A stretch of DNA of 30,149 bases from a virus. Its lineage: Duplodnaviria; Caudoviricetes. Of this stretch, positions 1 through 9,355 are shown piece by piece. The DNA lies in IMG/VR virus record IMGVR_UViG_3300042387_001520, positions 1-30,149 of that record; one strand, given 5' to 3'. The notes under the pieces are model-generated. The model saw nothing but the letters and a program-made list of their open reading frames with translations. It searched no databases and was not told the origin of the DNA. Numbering within the stretch: the first letter of the stretch is position 1; each line of letters starts with the position of its first letter. A program made the position numbers and the translations under genes.

Positions 1-1
1 C

Positions 2-217
2 TCCGACGCCACCGGCATCCCTGCCGAATACCTCCGCACCGACTACCCCCTGCTCAAGACCGACCCCTGCGGACGCTGCATCGCCCTCCGTGGCGAGGTG
101 GGCCGAGGAGTCGCCTGCGCAATTTACGAACACCGTCCGAATGCCTGCCGAGCCTTCCAGCCAGGCAGCCCACTCTGCATAGAAGCCCGCCGATCCAAAA
201 ACCTCCCAACCACCTAA
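2..217 (+). CDS. YkgJ-like (CxxCxxCC family) cysteine-cluster protein, C-terminal part (5' truncated by window)
   Basis: Translated by hand, frame 2: ...DPCGRCIALRGEVGRGVACAIYEHRPNACRAFQPGSPLCIEARR..., stop TAA 215-217. The C-x-IYE-x-RP-xx-CR pattern is typical of YkgJ/PF03692. Confidence 0.75.
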   Translation, partial: SDATGIPAEYLRTDYPLLKTDPCGRCIALRGEVGRGVACAIYEHRPNACRAFQPGSPLCIEARRSKNLPTT

Positions 218-223
218 ACGCCC

Positions 224-778
224 ATGTTTAACTACAACCCCACCGTCAACGACAACTCCGGCCAAATCACCGCTGGATACCAAACCCGCAGCGCCGAAAT
301 CAAAGCCGCTGGCAACGAAGCCCTGGCCAATGGAATCATGCAAGGAGCCACCAGCGCAATCGGCGGCGTTCTGGGGGGGGTCACTAAAACCAATACCTCG
401 GGGATGATTACGGATTCCAAAGGTAATGCTGTTCCGGGATTAGGCAAAACGCTTGATGATGTGAGAGCTCAGGCCATCAAATACGAAACCGCTGCGGGAA
501 TGCTGGATTCTTACAAGCAGAATGCCAACGCACTTGGGCTCGATTTGCAAATGCTCGATGGCATCGGAGAGAAATACAAAAACAAACCTAACGAACTCTT
601 AGGCGCTCTTACGGTAGTGGAAAGAATCGGCAACAACAACATGGAGCTGGCTCGTCAAAAAGCTCAATACGACGGCGCTGTCCAAGTAGCCCGCCAGAAA
701 GCTGCCCTCGGCGGCGGCGGTTCCAATCCAGCCCTCTCGGTGGAGGTCGCCGATGGTATTGACATTTGGCAGGATTGA
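224..778 (+). CDS. Hypothetical protein, probable internal virion/ejection protein
   Basis: 184 aa, Gly/Ala-rich N-terminal half, helical C-terminus; lies upstream of the giant virion protein. Confidence 0.6.
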   Translation: MFNYNPTVNDNSGQITAGYQTRSAEIKAAGNEALANGIMQGATSAIGGVLGGVTKTNTSGMITDSKGNAVPGLGKTLDDVRAQAIKYETAAGMLDSYKQNANALGLDLQMLDGIGEKYKNKPNELLGALTVVERIGNNNMELARQKAQYDGAVQVARQKAALGGGGSNPALSVEVADGIDIWQD

Positions 779-794
779 CACCCGTCAGTAAAAT
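775..794 (+). promoter_or_regulatory. TTGACA-N8-TAAAAT motif (copy 1 of a repeated late-region motif)
   Basis: TTGACA 775-780, TAAAAT 789-794, ATG at 801; similar motifs at 22254 and 28945. Confidence 0.5.
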
Positions 795-800
795 ATCCCC

Positions 801-1802
801 ATGGCCTCCCCCTCACAAAGCGATTACTCCGGCCCTCTTCCGTCGGCGGACACGGACCCGAACGGCATCCTTCCAACCGGCAACGCGCTCATGGCTGTCG
901 TTCCCAACGAGCCTGCCACAGCACAGCAACCTCTCGGCAACGCGATGGATGCCATGGACGGGCAGGAAGAGGAGCCGTTAGACAACTTGGCTGCACAGCT
1001 TGCCGCAGGGAAACGCATTCGTATTACAAGCAAAGAGCAGTGGGCGGCCATGTCTCCGCACCAGAAGGAAGTTGTCCGTGCTGCCATGGCTACCGGAGGC
1101 AAGATGCGTGCCGGTGATGCTGTGCGCATCTACCAGGACAGCGTGAAACGCTCCCGCGCCAACCAAGTCCAAACCGTAGCCCTGCCCGATGGCCGCACGG
1201 TGTATTTTGCAAATGGCCATCGAATTGAAGCAGATAAACAACCGGAGCCGGTCAAACGCGAGATCAGGGAAACGGCTGACGGCTTGCGAGCTATTGATCC
1301 CCTCACCGGAGAATCATTCCAAGTTTACGATAAATACTCAGGCTCCGCTGTAACTGGTAAGCCTAAAATCTCGGAAGACAACCGAGTGCAATTTAACCAG
1401 GCGCACATCGAGCTTCAGCGCATCCAAAACGAGTTGAATCAAGTCAACGCTATTCCGTCTAATAAGAAAGTGACCCAAAACGAAAATGGAATGTGGGTTC
1501 CTTCAGATAGTTTTTTTGGAGGAGAAAACCCAGAGAAGGTTAAAGCGCGATTGCTCAAGGATGCGGATTTTCAAAGCGAGAAGATCCGCAAGATCGACCC
1601 AACCAACTCGGTAAGCGCAGCGGCCGCCTCGCAACCCGCTCCCACGCCACAGGCTACGCCATCCCCCACGCGCAGCCTCACGCCCTCGCCGACACCTCGT
1701 CCAAACCCCATGCCTACCCCTGACAAGTTCGAAGTCGGAAAACCTTACCGAGATGCCAAGGGAAATGTGAAAACCTACCGTGGCAATGGAGTTTGGGAAT
1801 GA
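801..1802 (+). CDS. Hypothetical protein, probable ejection protein
   Basis: 333 aa, Pro/Thr-rich linker, short C-terminal module FEVGKPYRDAKGNVKTYRGNGVWE; ATGA overlap with the next gene. Confidence 0.65.
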   Translation: MASPSQSDYSGPLPSADTDPNGILPTGNALMAVVPNEPATAQQPLGNAMDAMDGQEEEPLDNLAAQLAAGKRIRITSKEQWAAMSPHQKEVVRAAMATGGKMRAGDAVRIYQDSVKRSRANQVQTVALPDGRTVYFANGHRIEADKQPEPVKREIRETADGLRAIDPLTGESFQVYDKYSGSAVTGKPKISEDNRVQFNQAHIELQRIQNELNQVNAIPSNKKVTQNENGMWVPSDSFFGGENPEKVKARLLKDADFQSEKIRKIDPTNSVSAAAASQPAPTPQATPSPTRSLTPSPTPRPNPMPTPDKFEVGKPYRDAKGNVKTYRGNGVWE

Positions 1803-4800
1803 GTTTCGATCCCTCCACAGCCGTCCTTCTCGAAGAGGATGCCCCGGCGTTTGACCCCACCACCGCCGTTCCTCTTGAGGAATTTGATGTTTCCTCTGCT
1901 GTATTGGTCGAGGAAGATCCCGCGCTCCCATCCGCCGTGCCATCCGCCGTGCCTCAGCCGGACGAGGCGATTGATTTCCTGCGCGATGCCGAACGCAACG
2001 GCCAAGCCGCCGACGACCAAGGCATAAAAGAAGGTATCTTCCCCCAGGGCAGCACGCCGTGGAAGACCCTCGATGGCCGTCTCTACATCGACCCCGCCCG
2101 CTACAACATGGCAGTGGAGCAAATGTGGAACCTCGGCGTGATCGACTCCACCAACTACACCGAACTCCTCAAAGGCACGGTGGACCAATGGGACGAAGCC
2201 AGCCAGAGCTACATACCAAGCGTCGAGAAAGCCACCGCCGCCCGCCGCGACTTGGAGCGCCGCGCCGGTGCCTACCCCGAAGCCAAAGCCGCCGCCTCCG
2301 GTCTTCTCAAGGGAGCCATGCAGACGGGAGCTGCCATCGTCGCAGGCCCGGCCACCGCCGCCGCCACCATCCCGACCGGCCCTGGTGCAGTGGTTGCCGG
2401 TATTGCCGGAGGCACAGCCGCCGCCCTGGGCACAGGAGCGGCCTACGACAAAGCCCTCGAAGCCTCAGCCAAGGAGAGCGAACTACTGGATAGCTTCTAC
2501 GCCGCGAACCAACTCGCCCCCGGCTACAACTCCGCCGGCCAACTCGTCTCGATCCTCGCCCCGACTCCGGTCTCGGTCTCGCGCCTGGCTAACGCCGCCA
2601 ACCTCATCCGCGCCGAAAAGGGCGGAGCCGAAGCCGCCAAATTTATCAGCGGAGCCCTCGGCACCGGAGCAGCCATAGGCGTGGGAACGGATGTCGCAAT
2701 CCAAGCCGCCAACATCGGCCTGGATAAACTCATCCACCCCGAGATCAACCCCCTCATCGCCGCCGAGCAATACCGCCAGACAGGCCAGCAGCCGCCGCAA
2801 CGCCCCGAGTTTGACCCCGCCAGCACCGCCATATCCGGCACCCTCGGCGCACTCACCGCAGGCATCGGCGTGAAGGCTCGCAATAAAACCTACGCACCCG
2901 AGGAGCTTGTCACCCTGGAGAACCAAGTCCGCACCGGCCGCGCCAGCCGACAAGAAGCCGAGGACTACAATGTCATGCGCCAAGCGGTGCAAACCCTCCG
3001 CGCCGACGAACGCCTCATCGACGCCCAAGCCATCCGCCGCGCCACCGTGGACGCCGCAGGCTTCCGCTTCCTCGACACCACCGAGATCATCAACCCCCGC
3101 TTCCAGCAAGCCGCCCTCGCCGACGCAGGCTTTACCCCCCGCCCAAGCCAGCCCGCCATACCCTACGCCACCGAGAATCCCCAAGCCGCCATCCCTCTCC
3201 AAGGCCAACCTGCCGCCTACACCGGCCAAGCGTTCCTCAACCGAGGCGGCGCAGCGCCAGCCTTCCAAGGCGGCAGCAACGCCCTGCCCGGCCCCGAGGG
3301 GATTCAAGCCCTACCAGCACCGGCCGCAATTAACCCACAGGTTAACCCGCCCGAGACCTTCGACCCTTCGACCGCAACCGAAATCCCCCCGAACACCTCT
3401 ACGGCCCCAGCCGCCGCAAGTGGAGCGCCTGCATCAACAGGCTCACCCGAATTGATCAGCGGGGAGGGGGCCTCTGTTTCCAAGCCAAAGCGCAGGTTCC
3501 CTCGCATATCCTACGATCCCGCTATGTTTCCTGTCCTCTCCGCGCTGCAAGAAAGCCCAATGCGCCCCAGCGCCAGCGGCAAAGCAGGCGGGGAGAATGA
3601 CAACTGGAATGAGATACGCCGCACCGGCAGGCACTTTGCCGAGACGCACCGCTCCACCGGCAAGCCCTACGATGTCCGCGCCGAGGAACTCTACCGCGAC
3701 CGCGTTATCTCTGACCCATCTCCCGACGCCCTTTTCAACGCCTACATGGCCGAGGTGAATAGCTACCGGCAGCTCAAGGATGGCGACCCGCAAGAAGCCG
3801 AATACAACAAGCTCCAGAAGCAATACGACAATTTCTCCAAGCACGCCCTCGATCCATCCGACTCCAAGAAAGCGAAGCTGCAACCCATCTCTGCAAGCTC
3901 GCTGCAAATCGGCGACAAGGTGAAGATCGGCGACGAGTGGCTCAATGTGAAAGCCATCGACCCCGAGACATTTACCATCTCCCTCCAAGACGGTTCAAAA
4001 TTTGGCCTCCAGAAAGTGGAAGACGGCACGCAAATGTGGGTGCAGGAAGCCGAGCTCGCCGCCCCGCCCACCGGCGACATAGACAACTTCTTTGGCGAAC
4101 CCATCGACACGCCTGCCCCTGCCAAGCAGAACGATCCTTTTTCCGGCAATATCTTTAGTCCGTCCGAAATGCCATTCAGCCTCGACCGCCCGGTGCTGGA
4201 TGACAGCCTAACAATTCAACGCGAAGCCGACGAAGCCAAGCGCCAACAAGCGGCCTACGAGGAAGCGCAAAAGGGACAAACCAAAATGGCATTTGCCGAC
4301 GCCGGACCGCAAGGGCCGGTCATGCCCGCAGCGGCCACCATCCCCAAGCCCGCGCTCAACACCTACAATGACGCCCAGGTCTTTGCCGACTACCCCGACG
4401 CCGTGGGCGTAGTGCGTGCCATGAATGGCACCTGGACCATGCCGCTCATCCTCGGCGGCCTGGACAAGGTGCCGGTGGTCGAGATGCCCGAGGCCGTGGA
4501 GTTTGTCAAAGCCCTCTCCGGCGGCAGCCCCACGGTGCAAATTCCTCGCAAGCGCAATGCGCTGGGGAGCTTCAGCCCGAACGGCCAAGGCGTCATCACC
4601 CTGCACCCCGACCTCATCAAGGCCGGTGGCGAAGCCTCGGCCATGATGACCTTCATGCACGAGATCGGGCATAATATCCAATTCATGGATGACTTCCGCA
4701 TGGAGAAGGGGAATCTCCTGGGAATCATTTCTGGAAACCCAACGCTCAAGCAAAGCATCCCGCTCGATCCTAACCCCGCGCCGGTGGAAGGCTGGGCCTA

Positions 4801-7800
4801 CAGCCAGCAACCCATCACCAGTAAGCAACGGGAAGCCATCCGCACAAAAGCCGAGGCAGACCTCCGCGCCTCCCTCGAAGGCGAGGTGCGCAAGGTGATA
4901 GTCAACGAGCCCATCTACGCACAGAGCGGAGTCACCCCCGAGATCGTCAAAGGACTCTTCGGCCTCGACGCCCGCGAGCAATGGCCGGAACTCTACGATT
5001 GGTTCGCCCGGCAGGACGGAGCCACCAAAGCCAACATCGTTAAGCAGGCTATGAAGGGAATCCTCGACGCCCGCCTGGCAAAGTTCCAAGTTCAAGGCGC
5101 TCAAATCGGCACCAACACCCGCGAGGAAACGCAGACCGTCGGCGGCCGCGAGCCGACCCAAGACGAACTCCGCGAAGCATTCCACGCCGCCATGCGCAGC
5201 GAGATGAACGCCCGAAATGTGGCCGACCTCAAATACATCCGCCAAGAACTCATCGACCTGACCAAATGGTGGAAGCCCTTCGACATTACCCGCGCCACCC
5301 CCGAGCACCTCGCCTACCGCTTCAGCTCCGAGGAACTCTTCGCCGACGCCATGAGCGTCCTCCTCAACAGCCCCGCCGACCTCAAAGCCCGCGCCCCCAT
5401 TTTCTACGATACCTTCTGGAACAACCTCGACTCCCGCCCCCAAGTCAAAGCCAAGCTGGCAGAAATCTACGACCGCATCAGCAAAGGCCGCGACGCCGTG
5501 CTGGATAAACGCCTCGCCCGAGACATGGAGGCATTCAAAGCCGGTGCTGAGATTTTCATTAGCAAAAGCGCCGCCGCTCAAGCCCGCCGCGCCAGCCTCA
5601 CTGGATGGTGGGAGAATCTCAAAGACCAGTATTGGAATATCTACCAGCCGATCATTGATTCTGCCGCAAAGGCTCGCGCTGCCGGGAAGATCACGCCAGC
5701 CGAGGAGGACAGCATCCGCTGGTTCACCGAGGAGCATCCGCTTGCCGAAAGTAAACTCCAAGAGAAGCTGGCCGACATAGGCCGCCTCTACCAAAGCCTC
5801 GATGCGGCCGGTGTAGCCCGCGAAAACTTCGGCATCTTCCTCAAATACCACCGCATCGCCAATGAGCGCCTCGAAGTAACCCGAGAGATCGACGGGCAAA
5901 TGGAAGTCGTCGGAGAGACCGGCCGCGCAGTCATGTTCAACCCCGGCGGCGAGACAGACCGGACGGCAAGGGAGGCGCTTGCCAGGCTGCAAGCAACGCT
6001 TGGTCCCGAGGGCTACGCCGCGCTGGAAACCGCAGTAAGCGGGTTTCGTGATGTGATTTACTCCATCATGGAAGACGCCAATCAGTCCGGCCTTTTTTCA
6101 GCAGAGCTGTGGAAAACGATCAGCACAAACAAGGACAACTACGCCGCGTTCACTCCGCTCGAATATGTCCAAGAGTATCTTCCTTCAACGATCCGCAAGC
6201 AGGTAGGCACCTTCAAGGAAATCGCCGACCCTCTCCAGCAGACGGTGCTCAAAGTCATAAGTATCCACCGCGCCGCGCAGAACAACAGGTTCACCCGAGA
6301 AGCCGTGCGGGTAATCAGGCAAACCTCGCCCGAGCTCGTCACCACTGCGCCCATGAAATACAACGGCAAAACCATGGAGCCGCAGCCTCCCAAAAATTCG
6401 GCATTGTCTATGGTGGAGTGGAAAGTAAATGGCCAGCGTGTGGGCGCTCATATCCCCAAACGCTACGCCGCCATGTGGGAAGACAAATCCCCCGCCGAGC
6501 GCGATGCGATCCTGCGCCTGCTTTCGACGGGGTTTCAACGCCTCGTCTATGGGGCCATCATTCGCTACAACCCGGCCTTCCAGCTTTTCATGTCTCCCCT
6601 CCGCGACTTGCAAAGGTCACTCACCAACATGCCAGGAGGCATCAAAGGCCGCGCAAGGTTTGTCATGCGCCTCCTCGACCCCGAAGCTTGGGGAGCGTCC
6701 ATCGATTGGGCGCAAGGAGATGTGGGCAAGACGCAACTTATGCGCGAAATGATCGAAAGCGCCGCGACAGGGGGTCCTCACTCGGCCTTTGGCGGCCCCA
6801 TGGGGAGTAATGATGACAGCATCGATGCCATCCTGCGCAAGTTTCACCTCCAAGACCAGAAGTCGCGCAATGTTTATGTGCGAGCCCTCATGGCCCCGCT
6901 TAAAGCCATCGAGTTTGCCGGGCAGATTCTCCAGATGCTTCCCAAGGCGTCGGCCTACAAGGTGCTCGTCAAGGATATGGGAATGCCCGCACCGCAAGCC
7001 GCCAACACGATCCGCAACCACATCGGCATCCCCAACTACTACAAGAAAGGCCGCCACGCTTCATCAGCCGGGGCCATTGTGCCGTTTCTCAACATTTTTC
7101 TGCGGTCCTACGAATCGCTCCAGCGCAATTTCCGTGGAGCCGAGCGCAACATGAACGCCAAGGAATGGTGGCTCGCCTGGCTCTTCACCGGCGGCGGCCT
7201 CATAGCCGTGCTGCAAACACTCGCCAAGGAAGGCGTCCTCGGCGAAGAACTGCAAAAACTCTACTCCCGCGTGCCGAACTGGGACATGACCAACTTTGCC
7301 GTCCTTCCCCTGGGGAATGTCTCCACCGGCGACACCGGCGGCAAGACAGCCTACCTCCGGCTGCCGCAAGATGAAGGGCTGCGCGTCATCAATGGCGTCG
7401 TCGGCAAAGTCCTAAGCGCTTCGATCCGCTCCGCCAAAGGCGACCCCACCGCGCCGCAGCTTGGCGATGTCTTCGCAGGCATCAGCTCGCAAGTGCCAGG
7501 GCAAAACACGCTCATCGAGGTCGGCCAAAACTGGACAACCTTCTTGGCCGGCCGAAACCCGAGGGATAATTTCCGCAACCGCAACATCCTCTCCGAGGAT
7601 CAATGGCTCGCCGGGGGATGGGAAGCAACCAAGCCCATGCTCGGCTGGACGCTCGGCGCAACCGGCATCACAAACTTCTTCAACTACGACACCGAGGCCG
7701 ACACCCTCACCGAAATGACAATCAGCGCCACGCCGGTGCTGAACAAATTTCTCAAGATCAGCGACAGGGGAGTTTACCAAAACGATCTGAAGCTGAACCA

Positions 7801-8068
7801 GGCCGACGAGCGCGACATGGCTAAGGTGCGCCTCTCGCTGCCAGATTTCGTCAACGGGCTCCGCACCGAATACAACTACCTCAAAACCCGCAGCGAACAA
7901 CGCAGCGAGCGCGAAGAATTTAGATACCAAGAGCTCGGAATGTGGAACCGAGCCTATCGAAACGCCATGGACGAAGTGGAGACATCCATGGAACTCGGCA
8001 ACCGCTCAAGCGCCCAAAGCGCCATCCGCTCCCTCGTCCAAGAAAGCCAATACTACAAGCAACGCTAA
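1799..8068 (+). CDS. Large polyvalent internal virion protein (zincin-like HExxH metallopeptidase domain; LPD38-like C-terminus)
   Basis: ~2,089 aa from ATG 1799 (ATGA overlap). N-terminal FDPxTA repeats, Gly/Ala hydrophobic segments, MHEIGH (4658-4672) with downstream EELFADA (5330-5350), and C-terminal YLRLP...IE...N...F.AGRNP resembling LPD38. Confidence 0.75.
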   Translation: MSFDPSTAVLLEEDAPAFDPTTAVPLEEFDVSSAVLVEEDPALPSAVPSAVPQPDEAIDFLRDAERNGQAADDQGIKEGIFPQGSTPWKTLDGRLYIDPARYNMAVEQMWNLGVIDSTNYTELLKGTVDQWDEASQSYIPSVEKATAARRDLERRAGAYPEAKAAASGLLKGAMQTGAAIVAGPATAAATIPTGPGAVVAGIAGGTAAALGTGAAYDKALEASAKESELLDSFYAANQLAPGYNSAGQLVSILAPTPVSVSRLANAANLIRAEKGGAEAAKFISGALGTGAAIGVGTDVAIQAANIGLDKLIHPEINPLIAAEQYRQTGQQPPQRPEFDPASTAISGTLGALTAGIGVKARNKTYAPEELVTLENQVRTGRASRQEAEDYNVMRQAVQTLRADERLIDAQAIRRATVDAAGFRFLDTTEIINPRFQQAALADAGFTPRPSQPAIPYATENPQAAIPLQGQPAAYTGQAFLNRGGAAPAFQGGSNALPGPEGIQALPAPAAINPQVNPPETFDPSTATEIPPNTSTAPAAASGAPASTGSPELISGEGASVSKPKRRFPRISYDPAMFPVLSALQESPMRPSASGKAGGENDNWNEIRRTGRHFAETHRSTGKPYDVRAEELYRDRVISDPSPDALFNAYMAEVNSYRQLKDGDPQEAEYNKLQKQYDNFSKHALDPSDSKKAKLQPISASSLQIGDKVKIGDEWLNVKAIDPETFTISLQDGSKFGLQKVEDGTQMWVQEAELAAPPTGDIDNFFGEPIDTPAPAKQNDPFSGNIFSPSEMPFSLDRPVLDDSLTIQREADEAKRQQAAYEEAQKGQTKMAFADAGPQGPVMPAAATIPKPALNTYNDAQVFADYPDAVGVVRAMNGTWTMPLILGGLDKVPVVEMPEAVEFVKALSGGSPTVQIPRKRNALGSFSPNGQGVITLHPDLIKAGGEASAMMTFMHEIGHNIQFMDDFRMEKGNLLGIISGNPTLKQSIPLDPNPAPVEGWAYSQQPITSKQREAIRTKAEADLRASLEGEVRKVIVNEPIYAQSGVTPEIVKGLFGLDAREQWPELYDWFARQDGATKANIVKQAMKGILDARLAKFQVQGAQIGTNTREETQTVGGREPTQDELREAFHAAMRSEMNARNVADLKYIRQELIDLTKWWKPFDITRATPEHLAYRFSSEELFADAMSVLLNSPADLKARAPIFYDTFWNNLDSRPQVKAKLAEIYDRISKGRDAVLDKRLARDMEAFKAGAEIFISKSAAAQARRASLTGWWENLKDQYWNIYQPIIDSAAKARAAGKITPAEEDSIRWFTEEHPLAESKLQEKLADIGRLYQSLDAAGVARENFGIFLKYHRIANERLEVTREIDGQMEVVGETGRAVMFNPGGETDRTAREALARLQATLGPEGYAALETAVSGFRDVIYSIMEDANQSGLFSAELWKTISTNKDNYAAFTPLEYVQEYLPSTIRKQVGTFKEIADPLQQTVLKVISIHRAAQNNRFTREAVRVIRQTSPELVTTAPMKYNGKTMEPQPPKNSALSMVEWKVNGQRVGAHIPKRYAAMWEDKSPAERDAILRLLSTGFQRLVYGAIIRYNPAFQLFMSPLRDLQRSLTNMPGGIKGRARFVMRLLDPEAWGASIDWAQGDVGKTQLMREMIESAATGGPHSAFGGPMGSNDDSIDAILRKFHLQDQKSRNVYVRALMAPLKAIEFAGQILQMLPKASAYKVLVKDMGMPAPQAANTIRNHIGIPNYYKKGRHASSAGAIVPFLNIFLRSYESLQRNFRGAERNMNAKEWWLAWLFTGGGLIAVLQTLAKEGVLGEELQKLYSRVPNWDMTNFAVLPLGNVSTGDTGGKTAYLRLPQDEGLRVINGVVGKVLSASIRSAKGDPTAPQLGDVFAGISSQVPGQNTLIEVGQNWTTFLAGRNPRDNFRNRNILSEDQWLAGGWEATKPMLGWTLGATGITNFFNYDTEADTLTEMTISATPVLNKFLKISDRGVYQNDLKLNQADERDMAKVRLSLPDFVNGLRTEYNYLKTRSEQRSEREEFRYQELGMWNRAYRNAMDEVETSMELGNRSSAQSAIRSLVQESQYYKQR

Positions 8069-9159
8069 AGCGGCTTCGGGCGGTTGATGAGATTGTGGTA
8101 GTGATTAAATGTGGTCTGGATGTCCCTGTGCCGCAGTAACCGGCTCGCCACCTCGATGCCATCCCTCGCCGCAATCTGAGCGCCGTATTCTTTACGCAGG
8201 TTGTAAGCGCCCTTCTCCCCGTCAGGAATGTAGAGCCTCACAAATTCATTGATGCCGTAATGCGTCAGGTCAAAAGCCTCCGTCTTGCTTGTCCTGGGAA
8301 TCACATACTCGCTCTCGCCTGCAAGCGCCTTTTGGATCAACCGCAGCAACCGCGCCCGCATCGGCACGCGGCCGCTCCGGCCTTTGGGAGCCCAGTCGTC
8401 GCGCTTAATCAATACCAGGTCCGCCGTGCCATCCTCCTGCCAATCCACCCAGCTCCACTTGAGATATTGCACCTCGTCATTGCGCAAGCCCGCCTTGCGC
8501 ATCAGCCAATAGATAGCCCAGACCCGAGCATTTTGACGCCGCAGCGGGATCCTCGCCGCCCGATCCATACGCCGGAGCGCCTCGCGGTCGATAGGCTGAT
8601 AACCCTCCGTCGTTGCCGAGCCCCCCGACACCGCCCAGAAATCCGTCAGATTCGGCAGCTTCAATTTTTCAAACAGGTAAAATCTTTTACGGGCCACCAC
8701 GCTCTTGATCGTCTGAACATCGGTATGGATGCCGCTCTCCGAGCGCCCCGCCTTTTTCTGGGCCTCAATCCATCCCCGCATCGCCGAGGCCGTCAGCACC
8801 AGGTGCGTGCTCTGCTCCTGCCAGTCCTGCCGCTCTGTCACCTCCCGCACAAAAGTCGCAAACCGGCTTAGGCTCTTCGTCTTCGAGGCTGCCGGTCCAT
8901 GCTCCTTGTAAATCTCCGCCACCTCGCCGCACTTCGCAAAGCCCGGCCGCTTCACCACCGCAGCAATCTTGTGCTCGTCCGCCGTAGCCAGCGCCAAGGC
9001 AATCGCCTTAGCCCTCACCAGCGCCGCCGCCTTCCCCGCCGCCGAGTGCACATGCACGCCCGTGCTCTTGCTCACCCGCTCGCCATCTACCTGGACGCGG
9101 AAATACCAAGTATTTTTCGCCGCAATCCAATCGACCGAAATCTCGCCATGTTTTCTCAT
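8065..9159 (-). CDS. int: Tyrosine recombinase / phage integrase
   Basis: GLRNDE (catalytic R), PKGR (K), YNLRK (H-x-x-R box with Y in place of H), LLRHRDIQTTFNHY (H and catalytic Y). N-terminal arm-binding-like beta region WYFRVQVDGERVSKSTG. Start moved to ATG 9159 because the upstream extension runs through the att arm repeats. Confidence 0.92.
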   Translation of the reverse strand: MRKHGEISVDWIAAKNTWYFRVQVDGERVSKSTGVHVHSAAGKAAALVRAKAIALALATADEHKIAAVVKRPGFAKCGEVAEIYKEHGPAASKTKSLSRFATFVREVTERQDWQEQSTHLVLTASAMRGWIEAQKKAGRSESGIHTDVQTIKSVVARKRFYLFEKLKLPNLTDFWAVSGGSATTEGYQPIDREALRRMDRAARIPLRRQNARVWAIYWLMRKAGLRNDEVQYLKWSWVDWQEDGTADLVLIKRDDWAPKGRSGRVPMRARLLRLIQKALAGESEYVIPRTSKTEAFDLTHYGINEFVRLYIPDGEKGAYNLRKEYGAQIAARDGIEVASRLLRHRDIQTTFNHYHNLINRPKPL

Positions 9160-9164
9160 AATAG

Positions 9165-9188
9165 GGACACCACTTTGGACACCACTTC
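9165..9188 (+). repeat. Integrase arm-type sites, tandem pair GGACACCACTTT GGACACCACTTC
   Basis: Two 12-bp direct repeats immediately upstream of the int start codon; same consensus as 9285 and 9395. Confidence 0.75.
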
Positions 9189-9284
9189 GACCCGAAAAAC
9201 AAAGCAAATCGCGCAAGCATTGCAAGCCCTCGAAAACCCAACAAGCAGCAATCTTCTGAGTGCTACAGAGGGAAAACGGCGCAA

Positions 9285-9296
9285 GGACGCCACTTT
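9285..9296 (+). repeat. Integrase arm-type site GGACGCCACTTT
   Basis: Matches the consensus GGWCRCCACTTT; lies between int and the att core. Confidence 0.7.
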
Positions 9297-9312
9297 AAGA
9301 GAAGAGGGGGAG

Positions 9313-9355
9313 TGCAGCCATGAGGAGTCGAACCTCAAACCTTCTGATCCGTAGT
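9313..9355 (-). other. attP: attP core: 3' half of tRNA-Arg(ACG)
   Basis: Minus strand reads ACTACGGATCAGAAGGTTTGAGGTTCGACTCCTCATGGCTGCA, i.e. anticodon loop CTACGGA, 3' anticodon stem, T-arm GAGG-TTCGACT-CCTC and 3' acceptor strand. The 5' half is absent. Adjacent to int and flanked by arm repeats. Confidence 0.88.

Noticed and set aside
4208-5992. 594-aa minus-strand ORF and other long antisense ORFs (2483-3307, 17471-18505, 21361-22266, 23086-24033, 25776-26936, 26979-27989, 29586-30128)
   Set aside because: They are shadows of well-supported plus-strand genes in GC-rich DNA with biased codon use, and have no recognisable motifs.
1799-8068. Virion-encapsidated RNA polymerase (N4- or crAss-like)
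   Set aside because: I found no DxDGD/DFDID or T7-type polymerase motifs by eye; HExxH and LPD38-like features fit a polyvalent protein better. A divergent fold cannot be excluded without modelling.
8065-9159. Protelomerase / linear plasmid prophage
   Set aside because: No long palindromic telomere site is seen; protein size, the tRNA-derived core and arm repeats indicate an ordinary integrase.
9160-9225. N-terminal extension of the integrase given in the ORF track
   Set aside because: It runs through the arm-type repeats and begins at a non-ATG codon; ATG 9159 gives a normal integrase N-terminus.
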